DNA of 64,000 bases from Bacteroidales bacterium (lineage in GTDB: Bacteria; Bacteroidota; Bacteroidia; Bacteroidales; WCHB1-69), in assembly GCA_024400755.1 (NCBI GenBank), contig JAKSMG010000003.1, positions 48,596 through 112,595 on the forward strand. Reading direction: 5' to 3'. Shown here one piece after another: positions 54,101-60,856 of this stretch. The translations under genes were made by a program, and so were the position numbers. Under the pieces are notes generated by a model. It was not told where the DNA came from, did no database searches, and saw only the letters and a list, made by a program, of their open reading frames with translations. Position 1 is the first letter of the stretch, and every line of letters starts with the position of its first letter.

Positions 54101-54407
54101 TGATAATACTGACTACATATCCAAGTCATTGGCCGCCACTTCAGGTTGGAGACAGGACTATTTCGCTTGTGCTATTGGCAACTATCAATTCCTCAACAAC
54201 GCCACGGACTTTTCAGGTGTTCCTTCGGGCGACTACGCCGGCGACTACGCTCTTTTCGCCAACAGTGCCTACTTTTGGTCAACTACCAAACCCGCTAACG
54301 ATCATAACGACGCCTTCATCCGCCTCTTGTACTACAACTCCGAACGCATGTTAAGAAACCACAACCCCATTGACTTCGGATATGGTGTTCGTTGCCTCCG
54401 TAACTAA
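48129..54407 (+). CDS. Giant secreted modular protein with six FISUMP domains interleaved with seven Ig-like modules
   Basis: An uninterrupted 2092-codon ORF with a signal peptide (MKKLLCCVLFALFLLPLAVMGQ). FISUMP motif sets (QIG.QCWMAQNL, YGYLYNW, GICP.GWH.PS..EW, GFSA.PAG, YFWSAT, GYSVRC.R) recur at approximately 48.2-48.77, 49.65-50.35, 50.64-51.38, 51.68-52.39, 52.69-53.43 and 53.73-54.40 kb. They are separated by ~95-aa modules of the form TTDSA..IT...A.L.G...LG......GF.YG..........TTYY.QAY..NGTDTV. Confidence 0.85.
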   Translation: MKKLLCCVLFALFLLPLAVMGQYGTENLTAQDAEGHTFSSVKVGPHCWLKPNLSIKLDSSKIYKSEMYPDTDANLATFGRLYNWYTAMNVQPGQSPVVGEHGFVQGICPEGWHLPTEAETRELMNYDAKTLHATEHWFVPGTNTTGFTMLPGGYYNAMKKYGENLGGDCYMWSAQSLDPSNPTVIWSDCHCEYFLVNRGSAVNGMSVRCVYKIYQGEITTDSVKEITDQSATLYGTVAFSGYDEEYERGFVYGTNPNNLDQWAVESSTASEETAPFNKEITGLTVATTYYYQAYIINDFDTAWGEIKDFKTLQMQVTTDSANNITHYTATLHGTLTHLSYPSVNVGFKYGTSEDALTFISEVESRNTTGQYSANLNGLTEGTTYFFKAFTANGTDTVYGEVKSFITKDIAVATNAATDIRSTAATLNGELTILKGYENANVGFRYGQYKDYMVFFADEQPMTSTGPFAFDLSDISPNTTYYFQAYAYNGTDTAWAADTLDFTTPTVPCLGAVRANERGTTDAIDSVLDVDGSAYITVQIGDQCWMAQNLRTTKYADGTSISLGSTTSTETAYHYYPTGSSSNVSKYGYLYNWKAVMGNSTSSETNPSGVQGICPKGWHVPSDTEWTQLTNYVSSQSEYVCESINTYNAKALASTTGWNSSSNTCVPGNNPSDNNATGFSAVPAGYYSGSYGSFGDDAHFWSATQYYNSYAYSRYVDYNYADVHKYNYEEYYGFSVRCLRDPMTVTTDSATAVTKESATLNGTVKSLGKYTEVKAGFKYGQSAKMMVFKTEETSKDTIEAYSANLNSLAPNTTYFYQAYVCTPGDTVYGNILNFTTPTVPCLVTPRQNERGVSNAIDSVIDNEGNHYIVVQIGRQCWMAQNLRCTKSPRQGTGAGQIDLKLGGSNYNNFQPYYYAPSKAHVATYGYLYNYPAVVDTMGSVTAMPTKIRRGICPEGWHVPSDGEWFELEKEVMGMTTADSATNGGYRGSGVGKLTGGYDIWPVNVSATTSTPENYSYENRNSSGFSALPGGDIKEGSLINVGGYAYFWSATSASSTKAWSRTFMHSKEGSYRNDYDRSRGYSVRCVRDTTAITTDSANTITKNSAKLHGNVISLGYTEMKVGFRYGQQPNQMTINAEKADAITAAGPYNVDLTTLAPNTTYYFQAYACNGTDTVWAADILDFTTPIAPCLGTPNANEHGTTNAIDAVTDYQGNSYLTVQIGNQCWMAQNLRTKVGEKTDGDFGYPTTGNDTITYGHLYSWNAVTKGASTTYPMNATDTLVHGICPAGWHVPSANEWDTLTYCVYYSTNPDYKCSGCSSESWTQNTPCIANALASVTGWISSSTIECSASNISDKSNATGFAAIPAGHYTNKFFEFGTNAYFWSATEKTNTAWCRYISSSESYVNSKVNSKNNTGYSVRCLRDPMIVTSDSVTTVTKNSAKLYGNVISLGKYTEVKAGFRYGQHSNYMTFKAERANAITTAGSYNIDLSTLAPNTTYYFQAYACNGTDTVWAADTLNFTTPTVPCLGTPKQNERGVSTAIDSVIDNEGNHYIVVQIGRQCWMAQNLRCTKSPRQGTGAGQIDLKLGGSNYNNFQPYYYAPSKAHVATYGYLYNYPAVVDTMGSVTAMPTKIRRGICPEGWHVPSDGEWFELEKEVMGMTTADSATNGGYRGSGVGKLTGGYDIWPVNVSATTSTPENYSYENRNSSGFSALPGGDIKEGSLINVGGYAYFWSATSASSTKAWSRTFMHSKEGSYRNDYDRSRGYSVRCVRNLEPISVTTDSANNVASTEVRLHGNVTSLGTYNNVYAGFKYGTSESTLTSIATVESVITTTGRFSCDITGLSANTQYYFKTFAANGTDTVYGEVKNFKTLSFCPNTPTVTDIDNNIYNTVQIGQQCWMKENLRTTRFADGTPISLGNSKSTSTAYRYYPNNDSNTVSTYGYLYNWRAAMRYSSSSENNPSGVQGICPTGWHLPSDAEWTQLTDYVSSQSQYRCDDNTDYISKSLAATSGWRQDYFACAIGNYQFLNNATDFSGVPSGDYAGDYALFANSAYFWSTTKPANDHNDAFIRLLYYNSERMLRNHNPIDFGYGVRCLRN
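50631..51382 (+). repeat. Intragenic near-identical repeat, copy 1 (FISUMP module 3)
   Basis: Matches 52677-53428 at an offset of exactly 2046 bp. I found 6 mismatches by eye, 5 of them in the first ~70 nt, plus T/C at 51326/53372. The stretch 50697-51325 is identical to 52743-53371. Confidence 0.9.
52677..53428 (+). repeat. Intragenic near-identical repeat, copy 2 (FISUMP module 5)
   Basis: See copy 1. The track's identical off-frame ORFs 50827-51039 and 52873-53085 independently confirm the identity. Confidence 0.9.
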
Positions 54408-54460
54408 GTTGGGTTGAGGGGTTAGAACTGCTTTCAACACACATACAATAGATTCATACA

Positions 54461-54497
54461 GGGGCTTTGTGCGATTTCGTGCGAAGCCCCCTTTTTT
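54461..54497 (+). terminator. Rho-independent terminator of the giant gene
   Basis: A 13-bp stem including G:T pairs (GGGGCTTTGTGCG-ATTT-CGTGCGAAGCCCC), followed by CTTTTTT. Confidence 0.8.
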
Positions 54498-54699
54498 AGA
54501 GTTTAGGAGAAAGAATGTAGGATAGAGGAATAACATATTAATCTCTTAATTCTAAAGTCTAAAGTCTAATCCCTTAACTGACAAAATATTTCTTTGGATG
54601 GCAAAGAAAGCAACGGGAAAATTAGGTATGCAGATTAAACTAACAAAGCCCCAAAAACTAAAATTTTTCTTCGTCAGTGTGTAATTCAAGAATTTTGTG

Positions 54700-54707
54700 T
54701 AGATTTG
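54700..54707 (+). promoter_or_regulatory. -7 promoter box (TAGATTTG) for pepE
   Basis: TAnnTTTG lies 60 nt upstream of ATG 54767. Confidence 0.5.
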
Positions 54708-54766
54708 CATTTTATTATATGGTCTTTTATTTACATAATTAAGATTAATCATCAAAATAATATCAA

Positions 54767-55519
54767 ATGAAACTCTTATTAATCAGTAACTCAACAAATT
54801 ATAAAGAAAAATATTTAGGATGGTGCATGCCTTTGATCGCTGACTTCCTGAAAAATGAAAAGAAAAATATTTTATTTTTCCCTTATGCCGGTATCAATAT
54901 TGGTGGCAAAGCCTATCCCGCAAGCTATGACGCCTATACCGAAAGGGTGCAGAATGTATTCAAGGATTTTGGTTTCAATGTAACTTCCATCCATACCGCC
55001 AAGTGTCCGATTGAAGCGGTGAACAATGCCGATGTCATTATGGTGGGTGGCGGCAACACGTTTCATTTGGTGGCAGAACTGCATAAGTATAAATTGATTG
55101 AGCCCGTGCGTCGCAAGGTGTTGGAAGGCACTCCGTTTTTGGGCTGGAGCGCCGGCTCCAACGTGGCTTGCCCCACTTTGCGTACTACCAACGATATGCC
55201 TGTGGTGATGCCTGAAAGCTTCAACTGCTTCGATTTTGTGCCTTTCCAAATCAATCCTCATTATGTGGATCCTTATCCAGAAAACGTGAACGATGCCATC
55301 CGCCACGGCGGCGAAACGCGTCAGGTGCGTATCGAGGAATTTCTCGCTGTCAATCAGCAGATTACCGTAGCTGGATTGCGTGAAGCCACTGCGTTGTGGG
55401 TAGAAAACGACCGCATCACCTTGAAGGGTGAACGCCCGATGCGCGTGCTCAAGTTCGGTCAGGAACCTCGCGAAATTCAACCTGGAAGTACTTTTGACTT
55501 TGCCTTAAACCTTAAATAG
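54767..55519 (+). CDS. pepE: Dipeptidase E (S51 alpha-aspartyl dipeptidase)
   Basis: Contains MKLLLISNS, GGGNTFHL and the nucleophile region GWSAGSN. Confidence 0.85.
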   Translation: MKLLLISNSTNYKEKYLGWCMPLIADFLKNEKKNILFFPYAGINIGGKAYPASYDAYTERVQNVFKDFGFNVTSIHTAKCPIEAVNNADVIMVGGGNTFHLVAELHKYKLIEPVRRKVLEGTPFLGWSAGSNVACPTLRTTNDMPVVMPESFNCFDFVPFQINPHYVDPYPENVNDAIRHGGETRQVRIEEFLAVNQQITVAGLREATALWVENDRITLKGERPMRVLKFGQEPREIQPGSTFDFALNLK

Positions 55520-55541
55520 TAATCAACAAAAACAATAAATT

Positions 55542-56525
55542 ATGATTGATCTTTCAACAAAATATATGGGCTTTAATTTGTGCAGCCCTTTGATTTTAGG
55601 CAGTTGTGGCCTAACTAAAGACTTGTCGAATCTGAAAAAGGCCGAAGAGTGCGGTTTCGGTGCCGTAACCTTAAAGTCTATTTTCGAAGAGGAAATTAGA
55701 AACGATGTCAATTCCATCCTCAACAACGACGATGCTTCTATGTACAAACAGGCGTACGATTATATGGCCCAATACCAAGAAATGGCTTCCGCATACAAAT
55801 ATCTGGAATTGATCCACACGGCCACCCATACCCTGTCAATTCCCGTTATTGCCAGTATCAACTGTGCCACGCCTTCAGGTTGGACAAAATATGCCAAAAT
55901 GATTGAAGAGGCAGGTGCCAAAGCGTTGGAAATCAACTACTTTATTCTTCCAACCGATTTGGAAAAAGATGCAAATGCATATATGAAATCTTATTTGGAA
56001 TTAATCGAAAATCTAAAAGGAACCATTGATATTCCATTCGGTTTGAAAATTTCCACCTATTTCACCGATATGTCGCACGCTTTGCAACAATTATCCTATA
56101 CCGGCATCAGTTCCTTGATTATGTTCAATCGTTTTTATGCCCCTGACATCAACATCGACAAAATGGAATTTTCTTCCACAGGGATGGACGGCCACGAATC
56201 AGAACTGAGCAACACACTGCGCTGGACCGGACTTTTGAGCAGCAAACTACGCTGCGATTTGTCAGCCACCACCGGTGTTCACAACAGCAAAGGCCTCATC
56301 AAGTTGTTATTGGCCGGTGCCAATAGTGTTCAGGCCGCATCCGTTTTTTACAAGAACGGCATTGAATACGGCGCGGTTATGTTGAGCGAAATGAAAGACT
56401 GGATGGAAAAACACGACTTTTCTTCCGTCAAGGAATTCCAAGGCAAAATGAGTTTCGACAAAGTTGAAAATCCTCATTCCTATTTTAGAATTCAATTTAT
56501 GAAACACGTGGCAGGAATTGAGTAG
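55542..56525 (+). CDS. Dihydroorotate dehydrogenase-like TIM-barrel flavoprotein
   Basis: Its overall pattern (N-terminus MIDLSTKYMGFNLCSPLILGS, then FGAVTLKS and later glycine-rich segments) fits class-1 DHOD-like proteins. The substrate is uncertain. Confidence 0.65.
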   Translation: MIDLSTKYMGFNLCSPLILGSCGLTKDLSNLKKAEECGFGAVTLKSIFEEEIRNDVNSILNNDDASMYKQAYDYMAQYQEMASAYKYLELIHTATHTLSIPVIASINCATPSGWTKYAKMIEEAGAKALEINYFILPTDLEKDANAYMKSYLELIENLKGTIDIPFGLKISTYFTDMSHALQQLSYTGISSLIMFNRFYAPDINIDKMEFSSTGMDGHESELSNTLRWTGLLSSKLRCDLSATTGVHNSKGLIKLLLAGANSVQAASVFYKNGIEYGAVMLSEMKDWMEKHDFSSVKEFQGKMSFDKVENPHSYFRIQFMKHVAGIE

Positions 56526-56527
56526 CC

Positions 56528-57586
56528 ATGAAAAAGAAATTTGTTTTTATTACCATCATCGGAATGCTTGTGCTAATGATCACAGGCATTCTGTTTTGGC
56601 ATTTTCGCAACCTGAATTCTTCTGAAAACAGCCGCAAATTTGATGTTGGAAAATCAACAATCAATAAGGTGGAACGCCAAGATATCCATATTCATCGCTA
56701 CGAAAAAGCCCTGTTTTCTATCAATAAAAACGATCCTGCCCCCGACCTACAAAAACTTGCCGACCAATATCCGGAAATGCTTATTGGAGATGGCGTATGG
56801 AATGACCCTCAAATGCTGGAACAACTCAAGGCCTACATCTCCGACCCCGTCATCGTGGAAATCTACAATGATGTCCAAAAGGCTTATCCCAACCTCAAAG
56901 ACATCGAAACCGAACTAAATACCGCTATGGGCTACTATTTAAATTATTTTCCCAATGAATCCGTGCCCAATTTCTATAGTGTCGTCCCTGGCCTTAACAT
57001 AGAAATGCCCACCGTCTATGGTTACGACAACGATATTTTCATCAATTTAGATATGTATTTAGGTAAGGATTATAAATATTATAGCCAAATTGGAATGCCA
57101 TTGTTCGTGAGTCAACGCTGCGAAAAAAAGTTCGTGGTCCTGGATTGTATCAGCAAGGCATTGGTTTACAAATATTTACCTGACAAAAGTTTAATTTCCC
57201 TGCTTGACTATATCATTTATGAAGGAAAACGGATGTATTTTACCGAAATGCTTTTCCCTGATAAAGAAGAACAAGACATCATAGCTTATACTCCAGAAAA
57301 ATACGAATGGGCCGTAGCCAACCAAGGTCAAGTATGGGGCTATATCATCGAAAAAGACCTGCTGTTTTCAAAACAAAGTGAGACTATTCGCCAATTTGTA
57401 GATGACACCCCCTTCACAAAACCATTCAATAATGTTTCGCCAGGAAGAATGGGCGTCTTTATTGGCTGGAAAATCGTTCAGCATTTTATGGAAAATAATC
57501 CTGATATCAGTCTTGCAGAACTAATGAAAATCACTGATTCTCAAACAATTTTGAATAAATCAGGATACAAACCTAAGAGAAGATAA
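56528..57586 (+). CDS. GldB-like (gliding-motility lipoprotein family) protein
   Basis: Has an N-terminal membrane anchor. The C-terminal pattern IYEGKRMYF...SPGRMGVFIGWKIV..FMENN...L.ELM resembles my recollection of GldB. This call is from memory only and is not verified. Confidence 0.45.
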   Translation: MKKKFVFITIIGMLVLMITGILFWHFRNLNSSENSRKFDVGKSTINKVERQDIHIHRYEKALFSINKNDPAPDLQKLADQYPEMLIGDGVWNDPQMLEQLKAYISDPVIVEIYNDVQKAYPNLKDIETELNTAMGYYLNYFPNESVPNFYSVVPGLNIEMPTVYGYDNDIFINLDMYLGKDYKYYSQIGMPLFVSQRCEKKFVVLDCISKALVYKYLPDKSLISLLDYIIYEGKRMYFTEMLFPDKEEQDIIAYTPEKYEWAVANQGQVWGYIIEKDLLFSKQSETIRQFVDDTPFTKPFNNVSPGRMGVFIGWKIVQHFMENNPDISLAELMKITDSQTILNKSGYKPKRR

Positions 57587-57650
57587 ATTATTTTTTCTAA
57601 AATAATAGTAAAAAGTTATCAACATTTAATGCTGGTTCAAATACTTTTTG

Positions 57651-57658
57651 TATTTTTG
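57651..57658 (+). promoter_or_regulatory. -7 promoter box (TATTTTTG) for ssb
   Basis: TAnnTTTG lies 25 nt upstream of ATG 57683. Confidence 0.6.
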
Positions 57659-57682
57659 CATCGAACTTAAAAATTAAACGAT

Positions 57683-58129
57683 ATGTCAGGAATAAACAAA
57701 GTAATCTTAGTGGGAAATTTGGGCAAAGACCCGGAAATCCGCACATTTGAAAATGGATCAAAGAAGGCGAGTTTCACCATCGCGACTTCCGAAACGAGAA
57801 AAGACAAGGACGGAAATCGTTCGGAATTTACTGAATGGCACAACATTGTATGTTGGCGAAATCTAGCCGAAATCGCAGAAAAGTATTTAACCAAAGGGAA
57901 ACAGATCTATCTTGAAGGTAAACTCCGCACCCGCAGCTGGGAAGAAAATGGTACCAAGAGGTACATGACCGAAATTGAGGCTTCAACCTTTACTATGTTG
58001 GGCACCAAAAACGATAATGCAGAACAAAAAGTTTCTAACGCAACGCCAGGTATTGTTCCTCCAACCCCTCCCGAAAATACCTATACGGAAGCCGAGGCCG
58101 CAACCGAAACCGACGATCTACCATTCTAA
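57683..58129 (+). CDS. ssb: Single-stranded DNA-binding protein
   Basis: Has an OB-fold N-domain (MSGINKVILVGNLGKDPEIR) and an acidic tail ending in DDLPF. Confidence 0.93.
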   Translation: MSGINKVILVGNLGKDPEIRTFENGSKKASFTIATSETRKDKDGNRSEFTEWHNIVCWRNLAEIAEKYLTKGKQIYLEGKLRTRSWEENGTKRYMTEIEASTFTMLGTKNDNAEQKVSNATPGIVPPTPPENTYTEAEAATETDDLPF

Positions 58130-58136
58130 TCCACAT

Positions 58137-58165
58137 AAGGGCGATAACAATTCGCCCTTTTTTGT
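58137..58165 (+). terminator. Rho-independent terminator of ssb
   Basis: AAGGGCGA-TAACAAT-TCGCCCTT, followed by TTTTG. Confidence 0.8.
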
Positions 58166-58212
58166 TCCCGAAATTTATTGATATTCCTTTTAAAATATAG
58201 TTGATTTTTATG

Positions 58213-58220
58213 TATTTTTG
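58213..58220 (+). promoter_or_regulatory. -7 promoter box (TATTTTTG)
   Basis: TAnnTTTG lies 19 nt upstream of ATG 58239. Confidence 0.55.
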
Positions 58221-58238
58221 CTACAAAATCAAAAATCT

Positions 58239-59366
58239 ATGAAACGATGGGTCTTATTTTGTGGGATTATTCTGGTATTATCAGCCTGTCAAACTTATCA
58301 GGTCGGAAAAAATCCGGCTTCTATGCTGAAAAACGAACAACAGGCACAAGGCATCGTTTTAACAGAAAGTCAAGAGCCGGAACTAAACGGACTACTCTAC
58401 TATTTGGATTATGAAAACGATTATCGCTTGGATAAATTTATCAATGCCGATATTCGCGGTCTCAAAGATTTCAAACTCTACGCCGGAACAAAAATTTTGA
58501 GTTTCGGAAAAGTCCTCGCAAATATCAAAAAACTCAAATACGGATGCTCTGCCTTCGTTTGCCAATCGCAAACCGGGGACATTCTCTATGGCAGGAATTT
58601 CGATTTTACATCAGAAGGACCGGCCCCCGTCATCATCGCAAATACGCATCCGCAAAATGGTTATAGGTCGGTTTCCATTATCAGTATGTCATTGCTAAAA
58701 TATCCTATGGGAAGTCTCAGCGACGGCAAAACCGATTTAAGCATTTTAGCCGCATCACCATATTTATTGATGGACGGAATGAACGAAAAAGGACTGGCTA
58801 TCAGCGTGCTATACTTGGATCCAAGCGATACGATAAACAAAATATGGTACGGAGGTACTGAACAATACGACCCCAAAAAACACGACATTATGACCTCATC
58901 GGCCATGCGCGTTGTATTAGATAGAGCAGCAACTGTAGATGAAGCGCTGGCATTGCTAAATCAATACAATATGTTTGCCAACGGGAAAAAGAACAACTGC
59001 AGTTATCACTTCCTCCTTGGCGATAAAACGGGAAAATCTGTGGTTTTGGAATATATTCCCATTAACGGAAAATGGGTGATGGCACCCGTAAATACAAATT
59101 TTGTCACCAATTTTTATGTTCATTCCAATTTATTTGGCGTAGGGCACGGACAAGACCGTTTTGCAAAACTTGAAGAAAAACTTAAAAAGACAAATAACGT
59201 CCTTTCGGAAAAAGAATCAATGAATTTGCTGCAAACCGTATCACAAAAACCATCTACTGAAAAGACGAGCAATACGCAATGGTCCGTGGTTTATAATCTC
59301 AGTCAAGGCACTTATTCTATTTGTATCGGCAGAAATTACGACAAAGTAGTGCGTGGTTCCTTATAA
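58239..59366 (+). CDS. Ntn-hydrolase superfamily lipoprotein (choloylglycine hydrolase / peptidase C45-like)
   Basis: Has a lipobox (LVLSAC). A Gly-Cys dipeptide in KYGCSAFVCQSQTGDILYGRNFDF lies about 100 aa into the precursor. This resembles the autoprocessing site and catalytic N-terminal Cys of this superfamily. Confidence 0.5.
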   Translation: MKRWVLFCGIILVLSACQTYQVGKNPASMLKNEQQAQGIVLTESQEPELNGLLYYLDYENDYRLDKFINADIRGLKDFKLYAGTKILSFGKVLANIKKLKYGCSAFVCQSQTGDILYGRNFDFTSEGPAPVIIANTHPQNGYRSVSIISMSLLKYPMGSLSDGKTDLSILAASPYLLMDGMNEKGLAISVLYLDPSDTINKIWYGGTEQYDPKKHDIMTSSAMRVVLDRAATVDEALALLNQYNMFANGKKNNCSYHFLLGDKTGKSVVLEYIPINGKWVMAPVNTNFVTNFYVHSNLFGVGHGQDRFAKLEEKLKKTNNVLSEKESMNLLQTVSQKPSTEKTSNTQWSVVYNLSQGTYSICIGRNYDKVVRGSL

Positions 59367-59371
59367 AAGCG

Positions 59372-59379
59372 TATCTTTG
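59372..59379 (+). promoter_or_regulatory. -7 promoter box (TATCTTTG) for pepC
   Basis: TAnnTTTG lies 29 nt upstream of ATG 59408. Confidence 0.6.
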
Positions 59380-59407
59380 CCAAAGAATTCACATAAAAAC
59401 ACCTATA

Positions 59408-60805
59408 ATGAAAAAAATCTTTTTACTCATTGCATCAACCCTTTGCATCATTGGGCTGAACGCACAAAACAACGGCGGAATTTCTACTGAAATGCTGACC
59501 AAAATCAAGGACGGATATCCCAACACCCCGGCCAACAAGGCCTTGCGCAATGCCATTGTCAGTAACGACATCAACAAATTAGCTGCCAATGCCGACAATA
59601 GTACCGCTTTTGACGACTATTTTTCAAATAAAGTAAACTCTAAAGCCGTCACCGACCAAAAATCTTCAGGCCGCTGCTGGATGTTTACGGGTATGAACGT
59701 GATGCGCTCAAAAGCCATCGCCAAGCATCATCTTCCCGCAGATTTCCAATTTTCCCAATCTTACACCTTTTTCTGGGACCAACTTGAAAAATCCAACTTG
59801 TTTTTACAAGCCATTTTAGACCATCGTACAGAAGCCATGGACAGTAAAACCGTAGAATGGCTGTTCAAAAACCCCATCGGTGATGGCGGACAATTCACAG
59901 GAGTGGCCAATTTGGTTAGCAAATATGGTATTGTACCCAAAGATGCCATGCCGGAAACTTTTAGCAGCAACAATACTTCCAAGATGTCTAATATCTTGTC
60001 GCTCAAGTTGCGCGAATATGGACTTGAATTGCGAAAAATGGCTCAAAAAAAGAACACGACAGAACAAATGCTACAAGATCGCAAAACCGAAATGCTGCAA
60101 ACCATCTATCGCATTTTGGCTATGACTATTGGCGAACCTCCCACAGAATTCACCTGGACACAGCGTGATGCGTCAGGGAAGCCGGTTTCTACTGAAACCT
60201 ATACCCCACAGTCTTTCTTCAAGAAATTCGTTGATGAAGACTTTTCCAAATACTATATGATTATGAACGACCCCACTCGCGAATATTACAAAGTGTATGA
60301 AATTGAATACGATCGTCACGTTTATGACGGTAACAACTGGGTTTATCTGAATCTTCCTATGGAAGACATTGCCCCTATCGCCATCGCCTCCATCAAGGAC
60401 AGCACGATGATGTATTTTTCTTGTGATGTGGGTAAATTTCTGAATCGTGACAATGGCTGGCTGGACATCAACAATTACGATTACGCTTCCCTGTTTGGCA
60501 CAGAATTCAATATGACGAAAAAAGAAAGAGTCGCCACGTTCGCCAGCGGTTCATCCCACGCTATGACTCTTTGTGCCGTGGATTTGGATGCCAACGGAAA
60601 TCCAAAGAAATGGATGGTGGAAAACAGTTGGGGCAATTCGTACGGCCACAACGGATTTCTCATTATGACCAACGAATGGTTCAACGAATATATGTTCCGC
60701 GTGGTCGTGGAAGAAAAATATATTCCTGCTAAAATCCTGAAAATGACTCAACAAAAACCCATTATGTTGCCACCTTGGGATCCGATGTTTGCTCCAGAAG
60801 AATAA
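59408..60805 (+). CDS. pepC: Aminopeptidase C (C1B bleomycin-hydrolase family) with signal peptide
   Basis: Has the catalytic motif QKSSGRCWMF, then HAMTLCAVD and ENSWG. The start is trimmed to ATG 59408 (MKKIFLLIASTLCIIGLNAQ). Confidence 0.85.
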   Translation: MKKIFLLIASTLCIIGLNAQNNGGISTEMLTKIKDGYPNTPANKALRNAIVSNDINKLAANADNSTAFDDYFSNKVNSKAVTDQKSSGRCWMFTGMNVMRSKAIAKHHLPADFQFSQSYTFFWDQLEKSNLFLQAILDHRTEAMDSKTVEWLFKNPIGDGGQFTGVANLVSKYGIVPKDAMPETFSSNNTSKMSNILSLKLREYGLELRKMAQKKNTTEQMLQDRKTEMLQTIYRILAMTIGEPPTEFTWTQRDASGKPVSTETYTPQSFFKKFVDEDFSKYYMIMNDPTREYYKVYEIEYDRHVYDGNNWVYLNLPMEDIAPIAIASIKDSTMMYFSCDVGKFLNRDNGWLDINNYDYASLFGTEFNMTKKERVATFASGSSHAMTLCAVDLDANGNPKKWMVENSWGNSYGHNGFLIMTNEWFNEYMFRVVVEEKYIPAKILKMTQQKPIMLPPWDPMFAPEE

Positions 60806-60827
60806 AATTAAGAAAATTTAATATTGA

Positions 60828-60856
60828 AATGCCATTCGAAAGAGTGGCATTTTTTA
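60828..60856. terminator. Shared hairpin terminator between convergent pepC and the TonB-dependent receptor gene
   Basis: AATGCCATTC-GAAA-GAGTGGCATT, followed by TTTTT on the plus strand. Confidence 0.7.

Noticed and set aside
48129-54407. Repeats in the giant gene as a CRISPR array or a diversity-generating retroelement TR/VR pair
   Set aside because: The repeat units are about 290 and 700 bp coding modules, not short direct repeats separated by spacers. The few mismatches between the near-identical copies are not adenine-specific. No reverse transcriptase or cas gene is present in the window.
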